Shown one piece after another: positions 49,599 to 60,980 of a DNA stretch of 64,000 nt (its first letter is position 1; every line of letters begins with the position of its first letter). The notes under the pieces were generated by a model. It ran no database searches and was not told the origin of the DNA. It saw only the letters and a program-made list of their open reading frames with translations. Source of the DNA: Candidatus Multivoradales bacterium (GTDB lineage Bacteria > Acidobacteriota > Thermoanaerobaculia > Multivoradales > JAHEKO01); contig CBDCVR010000014.1 in the NCBI GenBank assembly GCA_965223155.1, forward strand, positions 544,001 to 608,000. The letters run 5' to 3'. The translations under genes and the position numbers were made by a program.

Positions 49599-50453
49599 TC
49601 AGGACAAGAACGGACGGAGCTCCGGAAACTTCCGCGCCAGCGCCTCGAGCGTGGGCTCGCCGCGCCGTTGCAGGCGGCGTACCTCCTTGAGCAGCGCCTT
49701 GGGCGCCCTGGCGGCGCCGCGCCGGGCAAGGATCGCCTCGGCCGCGCGGAAAAACCGGCTCTCCGCCTCCAGCGGAGCGCGCCAATCGGCCCATTCAGAC
49801 GAGCTCGCCGCGGTGGCCGGCCCATAGTAGATCTTGCGCAGCTCGGGCAGCGACAGCACGTCGTGCCGGTGGCAGACCGCCAGCGCCACCACGTGGGTCG
49901 CGAGGCTCAACGCGCGCGAATCGACCGCGGCAAAGCCACCCCGCTCGAGCAGCACCCGGCTAGCGACCGACTGGGTCAGGAGATCGGTCAGCAACAGACT
50001 GCCCGCCTCCTCCAGGGTTCCGTGCAATGGAAAGCCGTCCAGACGCGGCAGGGCCTGTCCGATGACGCCTCGCCACATGCTCACGGTTCGGTCGTCGCCG
50101 AAACCCGCCAAGGCGATCTCCCCGGTGGCCAGCTTGGCGGGCAGGCCGTAGGGCACCGCCAGGTCCAGGGAGGCCCAGTCCGTGCGCGACAGCAGGACGG
50201 CGTTGAGCGCCACTGGCTCGCCGCTCCAGCGCGCGAAGTCCTCGGCCAGCACAGCGAGACGAGCCTGGACGTGGGAAGCGCGGTCGAGCGCGCCGGGCGA
50301 ATACCGCACCAGGGCCCGCATGTCTCCGACGTCGAGAAGAAACGGCAGCACGGAGGGAGGACGGTCCTGGGCGGAGGCACTGCCTGCCCCGAAATCAGAG
50401 GCGAGAGCGACGATCAGGACGACAGCGAACGCTGGGGCTGTACGGCGTGACAT
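49599..50453 (-). CDS. Hypothetical exported protein
   Basis: Signal peptide ending ASA-Q; coding-like codon usage. Confidence 0.6.
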   Translation of the reverse strand: MSRRTAPAFAVVLIVALASDFGAGSASAQDRPPSVLPFLLDVGDMRALVRYSPGALDRASHVQARLAVLAEDFARWSGEPVALNAVLLSRTDWASLDLAVPYGLPAKLATGEIALAGFGDDRTVSMWRGVIGQALPRLDGFPLHGTLEEAGSLLLTDLLTQSVASRVLLERGGFAAVDSRALSLATHVVALAVCHRHDVLSLPELRKIYYGPATAASSSEWADWRAPLEAESRFFRAAEAILARRGAARAPKALLKEVRRLQRRGEPTLEALARKFPELRPFLS

Positions 50454-50619
50454 GTTCGCAGTCTAGCTCGATCCTTCGGTTGAGAGTCGCTACGCGGCCC
50501 CAGCCGCCACAGCTCGTCTTCCCAACCCGAGGACGAGCCGTCGGCGGGACCCGGCGCCCCACCGCGCCGCCCCGAGCGATCCGCGTCGACCGGCGGAGCG
50601 CTTGCTAGGATCCCGCTCG

Positions 50620-51663
50620 ATGCGAGGCTTCCGGATCCAGCAGCACGGCGGCCCCGAGGTGCTCGAGTGGACCGAGCTGCCCACGCCCGAGCCGGGCCCG
50701 TGCGAGGTCCGGGTAGCGATCCGAGCGTGCGCCCTCAACCGGCTGGATCTCTGGGTGCGCAACGGCGTCGAGGGGTACTCGTTCCCGCTACCGCTTATCC
50801 CGGGCTCGGAGGTCGCCGGCACGGTCGACGCCCTGGGACCCGGAGTCGAGGGCCTGGAGGTCGGCGAGGCCACGCTGGTCGCGCCCGGGGTGTCCTGCGG
50901 TCGCTGCGACCGCTGCGTCGCCGGACAGGACCACCTGTGTCCGGACTACGGCATTCTGGGCGAGCACCGCGACGGCGGCTACGCCGAGCTAGTGGTGGTA
51001 CCCGCCCGCAACATCTTGCCCCTCCCCTTCGATCCCGCTGAGCCGGACGCCTTCGTACGGGCCGCGGCCCTGCCGCTGGTCTTCCTGACCGCCTGGCACA
51101 TGCTGGTCGAGCGGGCGCGGCTCGAGCCGCTGGAAGACGTGCTGATTCATGCGGCCGGCTCGGGAGTTTCGAGCGCCGGCATCCAGATCTCCCGCCTCTT
51201 GGGAGCCCGGCACATCATCGTGACGGCTTCGACGGAAGACAAGCTGGATCGCGCGCTCGAGCTCGGCGCCACCCACGCCCTGGACTACACCGCCGTCGAC
51301 TTCGCCCGCGAGACGCGCAAGATTACCGGCGGCAAGGGCGTCGAGGTGGTCTTCGACCACGTCGGCGGTGAGGTCTTCGAGCAGAGCTTCCGAGCGCTGG
51401 CCTGGTCGGGCCGGGTGGTTCTTTGTGGCGCGACCGCCGGGCATGGGGCCAAGATCAATCTGCGCGCGGTCTTCTTCAAGAGTCTCTCGATCCTGGGCTC
51501 GACCATGGGCGGCCAGGCGGAGCTGAGGAGGCTCCTGCGGCACGTCCGGGCCGGCGACCTGGTCCCGGTCGTCGATCGGACTCTTCCCCTCGCCGAAGCT
51601 CCAGCGGCACAGACGCTGCTCGAACGGCGCGAGCAATTCGGCAAGATCGTCCTGACGGTGTGA
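50620..51663 (+). CDS. Zinc-binding MDR dehydrogenase
   Basis: LNRLD, structural Zn CGRCDRC...C, HAAGSGV, GKIVL motifs. Confidence 0.93.
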   Translation: MRGFRIQQHGGPEVLEWTELPTPEPGPCEVRVAIRACALNRLDLWVRNGVEGYSFPLPLIPGSEVAGTVDALGPGVEGLEVGEATLVAPGVSCGRCDRCVAGQDHLCPDYGILGEHRDGGYAELVVVPARNILPLPFDPAEPDAFVRAAALPLVFLTAWHMLVERARLEPLEDVLIHAAGSGVSSAGIQISRLLGARHIIVTASTEDKLDRALELGATHALDYTAVDFARETRKITGGKGVEVVFDHVGGEVFEQSFRALAWSGRVVLCGATAGHGAKINLRAVFFKSLSILGSTMGGQAELRRLLRHVRAGDLVPVVDRTLPLAEAPAAQTLLERREQFGKIVLTV

Positions 51664-54600
51664 AGCGAGCCGGGCGCGCCACGGCGCTGTTTTTCCCCGC
51701 CGTCCTGCTCTCCGGCGGCGCCGCTCTGGTTTATGAGGTCGTCTGGAGCCGGCAGCTCTCGGTTTTTCTGGGCATCACCCTCCACGCCCACGCCATCGTG
51801 CTCGCCGCCTTCATGGCCGGCTTGGCGCTGGGCAGCCGCTCCCTGGGAGCCCTCTGCGATCGCACCGAGCCGGAAGAGCGAGCCTCCTACCGATTGTTCG
51901 CCTCCATCGAGGGCGGGATCGCCGTCTACGGACTGGCTAGCGCCCTCGTCTTCCCCAAGCTGAGCGAGCTCTACGCCGGGCTAGCAGGAGCCGTTGGACC
52001 GGCGGGCACGATCGGCCACGGCACGCGGTTTCTGGTGGCGATCGTTGCCCTCGGGATCCCGACCTTCCTCATGGGCGGTACCCTGCCGGTGCTGGTGCGG
52101 GCGCGCCTGCTCCTATCGGCCAAGCCGGCCAAGTCGGCCAGATCGGCCAGATCGGCCAGATCGGCCAAGTCGGTCCGCTCGGACGATGGCCTGAAGCCAG
52201 AGGCCGACCCGGCCGAGACCGGCACGAACGCCGTGGCTTCGATCTACGCGGTCAACACCCTGGGCGCCGCCGGTGGGGCTCTTGCCGCCGGCTTTCTGCT
52301 CCTGCCCAAGCTGGGAACCACAGGGAGCCTGCTGGTGGCCGCGGCGGCCAACGGAGCCGTCGCCCTCTGGGCCTGGACACGGAGCCTGGCCGAAGCGAGC
52401 ACGGTGGCCAAGACCACGGCCGTACCCGGGGCAGCCAAGACGACTCACTCACCCGAATCGGTCCGGGCCGACGTCGGCCCGGCCGCTGGCGCCCAACGTC
52501 TCCTCGTGGCGCTTGCGGTTTTCGGCGGCAGCGCCCTCGCCCTGCAACTGGCCTGGACGCAGGCCCTGACCCACCTCGTCGGCGCCAGCGCCTACGCCAT
52601 GAGCCTGGTGCTCGCCACCTACCTGGCCGGTCTGGGCTTGGGCAGCTCGGGCGCCGGCCTGGTCGCAAGACTGTCCGGCCGCGCCGGCGGCTCGAAGGCG
52701 ATTCGCATTCAAACCTGGGCCGCTCTCCTTGCCGCCGCCGCGGCCTCGGCCGCCACCCTGGCGAGCCTTGCCGTCTTCGAGCGTTTGCCGGCGTTTCTGG
52801 TGCGCTCGTTTCGAGCCAATCCCGACTTCGAGCTCGTGCCGATCCTGACCGCCGGGCTGGGCGCGGCCGCGGCCATGCTGGCGCTACCGACCTTGCTCTT
52901 CGGCGCGCTGACGCCGCTCCTCCTCGAGCTCTACCGAAAACGGCAGACGGCCGGGGCTCTCGTCCGGCGGCCCGGCACCCGACCGATGACACAGCTCGTC
53001 GCCGAGCCGATCGTCCAACCGATCGGAGTCGCGCTCGCCGCCAACGCCGCGGGTACCACCCTGGGCGCCCTACTTGGCGGCTTCTGGCTGCTTCCGACCT
53101 TCGGGCTACAACGTACGATTCTGATCGGAGCCGCCGGCTTGGCGGTTTGTGCATGGCTCGTGGTCTCGAGCACGCAACCGTCGCAGCGCCGATCGCTGGC
53201 CCTGGCTGCGGTCCTGGTCGGCGGTTGGGCGATCGCGGCCTGGGCCCTTCCCGCCTGGAGCCCGGCCGTGGCGACCAGTGGTCCGTTCCTGAACGCCACC
53301 CGGTTGCTGGACGGACTGCCCGAAGACGGAACCGAGTCCGGGGCCGCCGCGCGCGCCGGCTTCAATCGCTGGCTCGACGAGCGCAGCTCGGTCGTCTTCT
53401 ACCGCGAAGGGGCCATCGGCTCGGTGGCGGTGCGAGACGTCGGCGAGGAACGCCTGCTGGTCATCAACGGCAAGACCGACGGTTCCCGGCTGGGGGACCG
53501 GCGTACCCAGCTAGCTCTCGGCCATCTGGCCGCCTTGCTAAGTCCCGACCCGGAGTCGGTGCTGCTGGTCGGGCTTGGCACAGGCATGACCGCGGCCGCC
53601 GTCGCCGCCCATGGCCGGGTCGCGCGCCTGGACGTGGTCGAGATCTCGCCCGAGGTCGTCGAAGCGTCCCGCTATTTCGGAGCCGAAAACCGCGGGATCC
53701 TGCTGGACGGCCGCCTCCGCCTCCACGCCGCCGACGCCAGAAACTACCTCCTGACCAGCGATCGGCGCTGGGACGTCATCATCTCCGAGCCCTCGAATCC
53801 CTGGATCACCGGCGTTGCCAACCTGTTCACCCGCGAGTACTTCGAACTGGCCGCCTCCCGGCTGGCGCCGGATGGACTGATGGCGCAGTGGATCCAAGGC
53901 TACGGCATGGCCCGCAGGGATCTACGAAGCCTCCTCGCGACCTTCGCCTCAGTCTTCGACGAGGTCACGGTCTGGTGCCCCCAGCCGGGCGACCTCGTGG
54001 TCATCGGCAGCAGCACTCCCCGGATGCTGGATCTGGAGCGTCTCGAGAAGGCCGCGATCACGCCGGCCGGCGTGCAGGATTTTCACGCCGGTTCCTGGGA
54101 TGGGCCCGACGCGCTCTTGCGGACATTTCTCCTACCGTCCGCCGACGCCCGGGAGTTCGCCAACGGCGCGCCGATCAACTCCGACGCACGGCCCCTGATC
54201 GAGTTCGGCGCGCCCCGAAATCTCTACCGGGAAACCACCATCCCCAACCTCAACGACCTTCTGGCCCAGAGTTCGGCCGAGGAAGTCCCGGTCCCGATCG
54301 CCCCAACGGACGCGTTTGGACTCGAAAGCTCGGAGGTGCCTCTCGAGGCTCGCATTCACGTGCGCTGGCGCGCGCTGGCGGTCGCCAATCCGACACCCCT
54401 ACCCTACTTCGGAGTCAGTCTGCGGCGGGTAGTCCGAGCCGGAACCGGCGAGGGGGCTCAGGAGATCGACGTCCGGACCGGCGACCCGGAGCACGTTGCC
54501 TCCCGCCTCGACACACTCTTGGGAAGCGCTATCGCCACCCTTCGTCCCGACCGGCTTGCGAGCGGCGAGGAGGCCACCACCGCCCTCGACGCTGGGGGCA

Positions 54601-54746
54601 CCGTCCTGGGCACCGCCTGGGCCTGCGCGCCGGCAAGCACCGAGCGGACACGGCACACCTACGCGGCCCTCGGGAGCGACGCCGCGGCCCTCGCGCTCCG
54701 GTCGCTGCGCTGCAGCCCCGCGCCCAGCCCTCGGTTCGGATCCTAG
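51660..54746 (+). CDS. Fused membrane domain/spermidine synthase-like protein
   Basis: SGGAALVYEVVW, YAVNTLG, LVGLGTG, VEISPEV, DVIISEPSNPW motifs; GTG start overlaps the upstream stop. Confidence 0.9.
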   Translation: MKRAGRATALFFPAVLLSGGAALVYEVVWSRQLSVFLGITLHAHAIVLAAFMAGLALGSRSLGALCDRTEPEERASYRLFASIEGGIAVYGLASALVFPKLSELYAGLAGAVGPAGTIGHGTRFLVAIVALGIPTFLMGGTLPVLVRARLLLSAKPAKSARSARSARSAKSVRSDDGLKPEADPAETGTNAVASIYAVNTLGAAGGALAAGFLLLPKLGTTGSLLVAAAANGAVALWAWTRSLAEASTVAKTTAVPGAAKTTHSPESVRADVGPAAGAQRLLVALAVFGGSALALQLAWTQALTHLVGASAYAMSLVLATYLAGLGLGSSGAGLVARLSGRAGGSKAIRIQTWAALLAAAAASAATLASLAVFERLPAFLVRSFRANPDFELVPILTAGLGAAAAMLALPTLLFGALTPLLLELYRKRQTAGALVRRPGTRPMTQLVAEPIVQPIGVALAANAAGTTLGALLGGFWLLPTFGLQRTILIGAAGLAVCAWLVVSSTQPSQRRSLALAAVLVGGWAIAAWALPAWSPAVATSGPFLNATRLLDGLPEDGTESGAAARAGFNRWLDERSSVVFYREGAIGSVAVRDVGEERLLVINGKTDGSRLGDRRTQLALGHLAALLSPDPESVLLVGLGTGMTAAAVAAHGRVARLDVVEISPEVVEASRYFGAENRGILLDGRLRLHAADARNYLLTSDRRWDVIISEPSNPWITGVANLFTREYFELAASRLAPDGLMAQWIQGYGMARRDLRSLLATFASVFDEVTVWCPQPGDLVVIGSSTPRMLDLERLEKAAITPAGVQDFHAGSWDGPDALLRTFLLPSADAREFANGAPINSDARPLIEFGAPRNLYRETTIPNLNDLLAQSSAEEVPVPIAPTDAFGLESSEVPLEARIHVRWRALAVANPTPLPYFGVSLRRVVRAGTGEGAQEIDVRTGDPEHVASRLDTLLGSAIATLRPDRLASGEEATTALDAGGTVLGTAWACAPASTERTRHTYAALGSDAAALALRSLRCSPAPSPRFGS

Positions 54747-56074
54747 TCGCGGCGGGCTTCCAGGATCTTGAGAAAGGACCGGCTCTTGAGCTCCTGAATC
54801 GACAGTCCGCTGCTCTCGGCGGCGGTCTCGGGCGATACGGCGCCGCAGTTGAGCGCCCGCAGAAAGTAGTTGAGCAGGCCCTGGCCGGTGGCGGCGTCGT
54901 CGAAGACATCGCCCACGAGGGTCGCTTGGGCGGCCTGATCCACGAAATTCCGCAAACGGGTCCCGGCGGCTTCGAGGCCCTCCAAGAAGAAAGCGTAGAC
55001 CGCGGCGTATCGGGTGACGAGCTGCGCCGGATGGAGGTCCCAGCCCTGGTAGTAGCCGTGCTCGAGCGAGTGCCGCACATGTTGGTAGTGGAGCCGCCAG
55101 GCCGAGCGCACCGCATCCCGGTTCTCGGCTTCCTTGCCTGCCGTCAGAATCCCTCCCTCGCGCGCCCGGTGCGGCTCGACCGGCAGCACGTTGGTGGCGC
55201 CATCCGAGATCCAGATCCCGGTTCCGGCAAGCGCCACCTGCTGCACGTGCCGGGCGAAATCGCAGGCCGGGTGGGTCATGTGCTGGTACGCGGCAGTGAT
55301 CTGGACCGACGCGGTGTAGTCGTAGGTACCGAAGTGAGCGGCGACGCAGCGCCCGGCGGCGGCCTCGACCAGCGTCGAGATCGCCACCCGGCCGTCCGCC
55401 GCGAAGATGGACTGCGGTGTCTCGACCATGAGCTCGAGAACCAGGGAGCCTTCGGCCAAACCGGTCTCCTGCTCCAGCCGGGCCAGCGCCTCGACCAGGA
55501 CCTCGACCTGCGCCGGATGGGTGACCTTGGGCAAGGTCACGACAAAGTTCTCGGGCAGAGCGCCGTTGCCGGCCTCCACGGCCGCGCGCACGAACAGCTC
55601 GAGCGTCTTCAGGCTCCGCCGCTTCAGATCCTCGGTCAGCGGCTTGAGCCGAATCCCCAGAAACGGCGGCGCAGTTCCTTCCCGGCTTCCGGCCGCCGCC
55701 TCGGCCGCCGTACGCTCGGCGTCGGCGTCTTCTTCGTCGTCCGGCCGGTTGCCGTATCCATCCTCGAAATCGATTCGGAAGTCCTCGACCGGCTCGCGCT
55801 CGAGCTTGTCCAGAATCCGGGCGAAAACAGTCTCGAAAACCTCCGGGGCGCCGTCCCACTCCACCGCCGCGGCCAGCTCCTCCGCCGAGCCGGCATGACG
55901 GTCGAGCGCCGACCGCGCTAGCTGTCCCAGCCGCGCAGCCGTGCCGCGCTTGAAGATCTGGGCGCCGCCGTAGACCGTGTGCACCGGCTGGCGGCGATCG
56001 GCCTCCCCCGGATAGCGTTCCGCGACCGAGGCGTTGGCGCGGGCCAACCGCTCCAGAAGGTCATCGTATTCCAT
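54743..56074 (-). CDS. HpcH/citrate-lyase-like TIM barrel protein (DUF6986-like)
   Basis: RQPVHTVYGGA, RIDFEDGYG, LPKV, ELMVETP and QGWDLHPAQL motifs. Confidence 0.85.
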   Translation of the reverse strand: MEYDDLLERLARANASVAERYPGEADRRQPVHTVYGGAQIFKRGTAARLGQLARSALDRHAGSAEELAAAVEWDGAPEVFETVFARILDKLEREPVEDFRIDFEDGYGNRPDDEEDADAERTAAEAAAGSREGTAPPFLGIRLKPLTEDLKRRSLKTLELFVRAAVEAGNGALPENFVVTLPKVTHPAQVEVLVEALARLEQETGLAEGSLVLELMVETPQSIFAADGRVAISTLVEAAAGRCVAAHFGTYDYTASVQITAAYQHMTHPACDFARHVQQVALAGTGIWISDGATNVLPVEPHRAREGGILTAGKEAENRDAVRSAWRLHYQHVRHSLEHGYYQGWDLHPAQLVTRYAAVYAFFLEGLEAAGTRLRNFVDQAAQATLVGDVFDDAATGQGLLNYFLRALNCGAVSPETAAESSGLSIQELKSRSFLKILEARRD

Positions 56075-56280
56075 GCGCCAATAGTGGCACTTCGCGGACG
56101 TTTCTGCATCTGTTCGTGGCTCCTGGCCGGCGTACTTTCACATTGCGGCAGCCACTGAGAGCGGCCTTGGAATCGAAGCTGGAATCCAATCCCTGCGGCT
56201 CGCCGGACACCCTTCGCTACGGCTCGACGGCGCCCTTCACGACTTCCTCGAAGGCGGCCCCGCCAAGGTAGACTACGCTG

Positions 56281-57072
56281 ATGACCGAGCCGAGCCTGGA
56301 GGGACGCGTCGCCCTGGTGACCGGTGCGAGCTCCGGGCTTGGGCTCGCGGCCGCGCGGGCCCTGGCCGAGCGCGGCGCGAAAGTAGCGATCTCGAGCCGC
56401 GGCGGGGACAAGCTCGAAGGCGCCGAGCGGGCTCTGACAGACGTCGCCGCCGAGGCGATCGCTCTTCCAGCCGACGTCCGCGAAGCCGAGGAGCTGGAGG
56501 AGCTCGTTTCGAAGACCGAGGAAGTCTTGGGACCGGTCGACATCCTGGTACCAAACGGTGGTGGTCCTCGCGTGAAGCCGGCCGCCGAGCTCGACGATAC
56601 GGACTGGCACGACGCCTTCCCGCTGGTCTTTCTTTTCATCCCGCGTTTGTGCCGGCTGGTTTTACCCGGAATGCAGCGGCGCGGCTGGGGGCGGATCGTG
56701 GCGATCAACTCGGTCTCGGCCAAGCAGCCGATTCCGGAACTCGCTCTGTCCAACACCTTCCGGCCGGCTGTCCTCGGCTACTTGAAGACCCTGGCGCTCG
56801 AGGTCGTCCAAGACGGCGTTACGGTGAACGCCGTTCTGCCCGGCTACACCCGAACCGAACGGCAAGTCGAGATCGCAGAAGGCGTCGCGGAGCAGCGCGG
56901 CGTGGAGGTCGAGGAGGTGCTGGCCGAGCGTAGCGCCGAGTTCCCCATGGGCCGCATGGCCGAGCCCGAGGAGGTCGGCAAGGTAATCGGCTTCTTGTGC
57001 AGCCCGGCGGCCTCGTACATCACCGGACAGGCCGTGAGCGTCGACGGCGGCTACGTCAAGGGCCTGCTCTAG
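56281..57072 (+). CDS. SDR family oxidoreductase
   Basis: [17 protein letters not shown] and [12 protein letters not shown] motifs. Confidence 0.93.
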   Translation: MTEPSLEGRVALVTGASSGLGLAAARALAERGAKVAISSRGGDKLEGAERALTDVAAEAIALPADVREAEELEELVSKTEEVLGPVDILVPNGGGPRVKPAAELDDTDWHDAFPLVFLFIPRLCRLVLPGMQRRGWGRIVAINSVSAKQPIPELALSNTFRPAVLGYLKTLALEVVQDGVTVNAVLPGYTRTERQVEIAEGVAEQRGVEVEEVLAERSAEFPMGRMAEPEEVGKVIGFLCSPAASYITGQAVSVDGGYVKGLL

Positions 57073-57073
57073 G

Positions 57074-58534
57074 ATGACCGACGTCCCCTGGTGGGGCCAG
57101 AGCTGGAACGACGCGCCCCCAGAAGCGCTCAAGCTGAGCGTCGTCGTTCCGGTCTACAACGAACGCTACCTGGCCGGCGCGCTCCTCAATCGCCTCTTCG
57201 ATATCGAGCTGGAAGGAGTCTCGGAGCTCGAGGTTCTGGTGGTAGACGACGGCTCGACCGACGGCACTCGGGAGATCCTGGCCCGAATAGACCGCGAACG
57301 GCCACGGATGCGGCTCTTCCTCCAGGAGCAGAACCAGGGCAAGGGGGCCGCCATCCGAAGAGGCATCGCCGAAGCCACCGGCGATCTGATCGTGATTCAG
57401 GACGCCGATCTGGAGTACGACCCGCGCGACCTGGCAAGACTCGTTCGGCCGTTCCTGGAGTCAGGAGCTGACGTCGTCTACGGCTCGCGCTTCTTGGCCG
57501 GCGGCTCCCGCCGGGTTCTGTATTTCAAGCACGAGCTCGGCAACCGGCTCATCACCTTCTTGAGCAACTGGTTCACCGACCTCAACCTGACCGATGTCGA
57601 AACCTGTTACAAGATGTTCCGCTCCCGGCTGCTGCAATCGTTGCCGTTGCGGTCCAACGACTTCGCCATCGAGATCGAGCTCACCGCCAAGGCGGCGAAA
57701 CGAGGCTGGTCCATCTACGAAGTGCCCATCAGCTACCACGGCCGCACCTATGAGGAAGGCAAGAAGATCGGCCTGCGCGACGCATTCGCCGCTCTGTGGG
57801 CGATTCTCAAGTTCTGGCTCGTGGACGATCTCTACAAGGACGACGCCTGGGGCGGAACCATCCTCCACAACCTGGAGAGAGCGCATCGCTTCAACAGTTG
57901 GATGGCCGCCGCCATCACGCCCTGGGTCGGGAGCCGCGTGCTCGAGATCGGCGCCGGCATCGGCAACATCACTCGCCGGCTGATCCCGCGCGATCACTAC
58001 GTGGCAAGCGACCTCAACGAGAACTACCTGCACTTCCTGAGCAACTATTCGGGCGGCAAGCCCTATCTCGAAGTTGCCCGGGTGGACCTAGACAACGCGA
58101 CCGATTTCGCCTCGCTTCAAGGCACGGTCGACACCGTCGTCTGCCTGAATGTGCTCGAGCACGTGGCCGATCCGCTGGCCTCGCTCCGGAACATGCACTC
58201 GGCTCTTGCTCCGGGCGGCCGCTTGGTGCTCTACGTGCCCCAGGGCCAGTGGCTCTACTCGAGCCTCGACGAAGCCCTCGAGCATCGCTGCCGCTACGAC
58301 CAGGACATGCTGCGGCGGGAGTTCGAGGCCACCGGTTTCGAAGTCGAAGAGCTCCGATCCTTCAACAAGGCCGGCGTGCCCGGCTGGTTCTGGAACGGCA
58401 AGATCCGGCGCAGCCGCGATTTCGGCCGGCTTCAGCTCAAGATCTTCGACGCCATGGTTCCCCTGCTCCGCAGGGTCGACCGATTCTTCCCCTGGTCCGG
58501 CCTGGGGCTGATCGCGGTCGGCCGCAAGATCTAG
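57074..58534 (+). CDS. Bifunctional GT2 glycosyltransferase / class I SAM methyltransferase
   Basis: VVPVYNE, VDDGSTD, QDADLEY; C-terminal [14 protein letters not shown]. Confidence 0.92.
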   Translation: MTDVPWWGQSWNDAPPEALKLSVVVPVYNERYLAGALLNRLFDIELEGVSELEVLVVDDGSTDGTREILARIDRERPRMRLFLQEQNQGKGAAIRRGIAEATGDLIVIQDADLEYDPRDLARLVRPFLESGADVVYGSRFLAGGSRRVLYFKHELGNRLITFLSNWFTDLNLTDVETCYKMFRSRLLQSLPLRSNDFAIEIELTAKAAKRGWSIYEVPISYHGRTYEEGKKIGLRDAFAALWAILKFWLVDDLYKDDAWGGTILHNLERAHRFNSWMAAAITPWVGSRVLEIGAGIGNITRRLIPRDHYVASDLNENYLHFLSNYSGGKPYLEVARVDLDNATDFASLQGTVDTVVCLNVLEHVADPLASLRNMHSALAPGGRLVLYVPQGQWLYSSLDEALEHRCRYDQDMLRREFEATGFEVEELRSFNKAGVPGWFWNGKIRRSRDFGRLQLKIFDAMVPLLRRVDRFFPWSGLGLIAVGRKI

Positions 58535-58590
58535 CGGCCGAAGCTCGGCTGATTCTTGTCGCTGGCCTTCGATGCGAGGGCCGGCTTCTC

Positions 58591-59061
58591 CTACCAGGAG
58601 CGCCAATCGTCGCCGGCGAGGCCTTCTTCGGCGGGTGCGACGGCCGGAGGTTCCGAGTCGGGCTTCGACGGCTTCTCGCTCTTCGGCGGCCGCGTCCGCT
58701 TCGCGGGCCGAGCATTCTTGCCACTCGATGGACTCTCGACCGGGCTCCGTCGTTGGGCAGCCGCCCGCGCCCGCCGTCGTGCCTTGGGCGCTCCGAGAGC
58801 CTCCAAGAGACGCAACGGGTTCTCGAGAGCCGGGGGCTGGAGTTCGTAGTAGCGCTCGCGGCCTTTCTGAGTCTCCGCCAGCAGACCGCACTCGCGCAAC
58901 ACCCGCAGGTGCTTCGAAACCGCCGGCCGCGAGATGCCGGGAAACCGGGCCGCGATCATTCGCACCGGCAGCGGCCCTTCGGTCAGAAGCGTCAGGATCT
59001 CGCGCCGGGTCGGATCCGCCAGTCCGCGAAACGGATCGGAGCGATCGGCTCTGGGTGGCAT
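58591..59061 (-). CDS. ArsR/SmtB-family regulator
   Basis: LADPTRREIL, SRPAVSKHLRVL and GRERYY motifs. Confidence 0.9.
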   Translation of the reverse strand: MPPRADRSDPFRGLADPTRREILTLLTEGPLPVRMIAARFPGISRPAVSKHLRVLRECGLLAETQKGRERYYELQPPALENPLRLLEALGAPKARRRARAAAQRRSPVESPSSGKNARPAKRTRPPKSEKPSKPDSEPPAVAPAEEGLAGDDWRSW

Positions 59062-59359
59062 GGGGTGATTCTAGAAAACTATCGGGTAACTTTCCAGTTA
59101 CCTAACTTGGGACTTCAATCTCGGGCCGTTCTCGAAGAGCTTCAGTCGCACGCGTGGCTGGCAACCGGGCCTGCCCGCTGACTGGGTGCCACTCGGTGCC
59201 GCTCGGTGCCAGGCTCGCAGCCGACTCAGAGCAGGCTCGCAGCCGGGCCTCTCGATGGCACTTCGCTCACGGCCCTGCCGCTCTCGACGCCCACCTCGGT
59301 TCGCCGGATGACCCGACGACAGCCTCGCGCCTCGGATACGATCTTGTCGGAGGATCTTC

Positions 59360-60082
59360 ATGAGCCAAGACGACAAGCCTGAGATCTATTTTCGCCAACT
59401 CCTGGCCGGCCGCCAGGTCGCCCGCGACAGTCTCGCGGCGCATCAGATGGCGAATTTCATGTACGTGATTGGAGACCCCGTCACGCGTGAAGCGATGATC
59501 GTGGATCCGGCCTGGGACGTCGCCGGACTGGCCGAGACTGCCCGTGCCGACGGGTACACGCTGACCGGCGCCCTCGTCACCCACTACCATCCAGACCACG
59601 TCGGCGGCGATCTCTGGGGGCTCTCGGTCGATGGCCTGGCGACGCTCATGACCGAGCAACCGGTACCGGTGTACGTCAACAAGAACGAAGGTGACGGCCT
59701 CAAGGTCGTGACCGGCCTGGCGGAATCAGATCTCCGGAGAGTCGATAGCGACGAGGTCGTGACCATCGGCGAGATCCCGGTCCGGTGCCTCCATACGCCG
59801 GGACACACGCCGGGCAGCCAGTGCTTCCTGATCGGTGACCGGCTGGTGGCCGGCGACACGCTCTTCGTCCAGGCTTGCGGCCGGGTCGACTTGCCTGGCG
59901 GCGACCCGGATGCCATGTACCACAGCCTGACTCAGAAGCTGGCCAAGCTGCCGCCCCAGACGGTCCTTTACCCCGGGCACAACTACGGCCCAGCCGAAAC
60001 GTCAACCATCGGCGCCGAGCTCGAACAGAACACCTATCTCCGCATCCGCGGCCTCGAAGACTGGCGACGCCTCATGAGCTAG
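59360..60082 (+). CDS. MBL-fold hydrolase (glyoxalase II-like)
   Basis: THYHPDH, TPGHTPG, GDTLF and YPGH motifs. Confidence 0.92.
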   Translation: MSQDDKPEIYFRQLLAGRQVARDSLAAHQMANFMYVIGDPVTREAMIVDPAWDVAGLAETARADGYTLTGALVTHYHPDHVGGDLWGLSVDGLATLMTEQPVPVYVNKNEGDGLKVVTGLAESDLRRVDSDEVVTIGEIPVRCLHTPGHTPGSQCFLIGDRLVAGDTLFVQACGRVDLPGGDPDAMYHSLTQKLAKLPPQTVLYPGHNYGPAETSTIGAELEQNTYLRIRGLEDWRRLMS

Positions 60083-60131
60083 GTGAGCTGACGCGGCGCC
60101 GGACGGGCTGGAGGACCGAGGGGCCGCCGCC

Positions 60132-60902
60132 TCAGAACCGCAGGTGCTTGACGGTCAGGCCCTCGTCGATGAGCTGCTTGAGCGAGTCAATGCCGATCTC
60201 GAGGTGGCGGCCCACGAACACCTCGGTTACGCGGCGGTCGCTGGCTTCGGTCTTGACCCCCTCGGGGACCATGGGCTGGTCGGAGACCAGGAGCAGCGCT
60301 CCGGCCGGAATCTTGTTGGCGAAAGCCACGGAAAAGACGGTCGCGGTCTCCATGTCGATGGCCATGGCCCGAATGCGCCGCAGGTACTTCTTGAAATCGA
60401 CGTCGTGCTCCCAGACTCGGCGATTCGTCGAGTAGACCGTGCCGGTCCAGTAGTCGAAATCGGCATCCCGAATGGTCGTTGAGATGGCCTTCTGGAGAGC
60501 GAAGGCCGGGAGAGCCGGCACTTCCTCCGGGAAGTAATCGTTGGAGGTACCCTCGCCCCGGATCGCGGCGATCGGCAGGATGAGATCGCCGAGCTGATTC
60601 TTCTTCTTGAGCCCGCCGCACTTGCCCAGGAACAGGCACGCCTTGGGCCGCACCGCGCTCAGAAGATCCAGCACCGTCGCCGCGTTGGCGCTGCCCATGC
60701 CGAAGTTGACGATGGAGATGCCGTCGGCGGTCGCATTGGGCATCGGTCGATCTCGGCCCTCGACCGGCACGCCGTAGCGCTTGGCAAAGCGTTCCACGTA
60801 GTCGGTGAAATTGGTCAGAAGAACGTAGGCGCCAAAATCCTCCAACGCCACCCCTGTGTAGCGCGGCAGCCAGTTCTTGACGATGGCGTCCTTCTTGTCC
60901 AC
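60132..60902 (-). CDS. amn: AMP nucleosidase
   Basis: NWLPRYTG, GMGSANAA, IRGEGTS, IDMETAT and LLLVSD motifs. Confidence 0.9.
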   Translation of the reverse strand: MDKKDAIVKNWLPRYTGVALEDFGAYVLLTNFTDYVERFAKRYGVPVEGRDRPMPNATADGISIVNFGMGSANAATVLDLLSAVRPKACLFLGKCGGLKKKNQLGDLILPIAAIRGEGTSNDYFPEEVPALPAFALQKAISTTIRDADFDYWTGTVYSTNRRVWEHDVDFKKYLRRIRAMAIDMETATVFSVAFANKIPAGALLLVSDQPMVPEGVKTEASDRRVTEVFVGRHLEIGIDSLKQLIDEGLTVKHLRF

Positions 60903-60929
60903 GAGCGGATTCAGCCTACCAGAAACGAA

Positions 60930-60971
60930 TTGAAACACTCGTTTGATTTAAACGTACGTTCCATCTAGGAT
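60930..60971 (+). promoter_or_regulatory. Sigma70-type promoter overlapping tandem palindromic TetR-like operators
   Basis: TTGATT-17-TAGGAT; AAACACTCGTTT and AACGTACGTT palindromes. Confidence 0.6.
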
Positions 60972-60980
60972 CAAGCCACG

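Noticed and set aside
53147-55921. 924-aa plus-strand ORF
   Set aside because: Alternate-frame/antisense shadow of two well-supported genes; Arg/Pro/Gly-rich with no motifs.
57074-58534. GT2-methyltransferase fusion as a novelty
   Set aside because: This is a commonly annotated bifunctional architecture.
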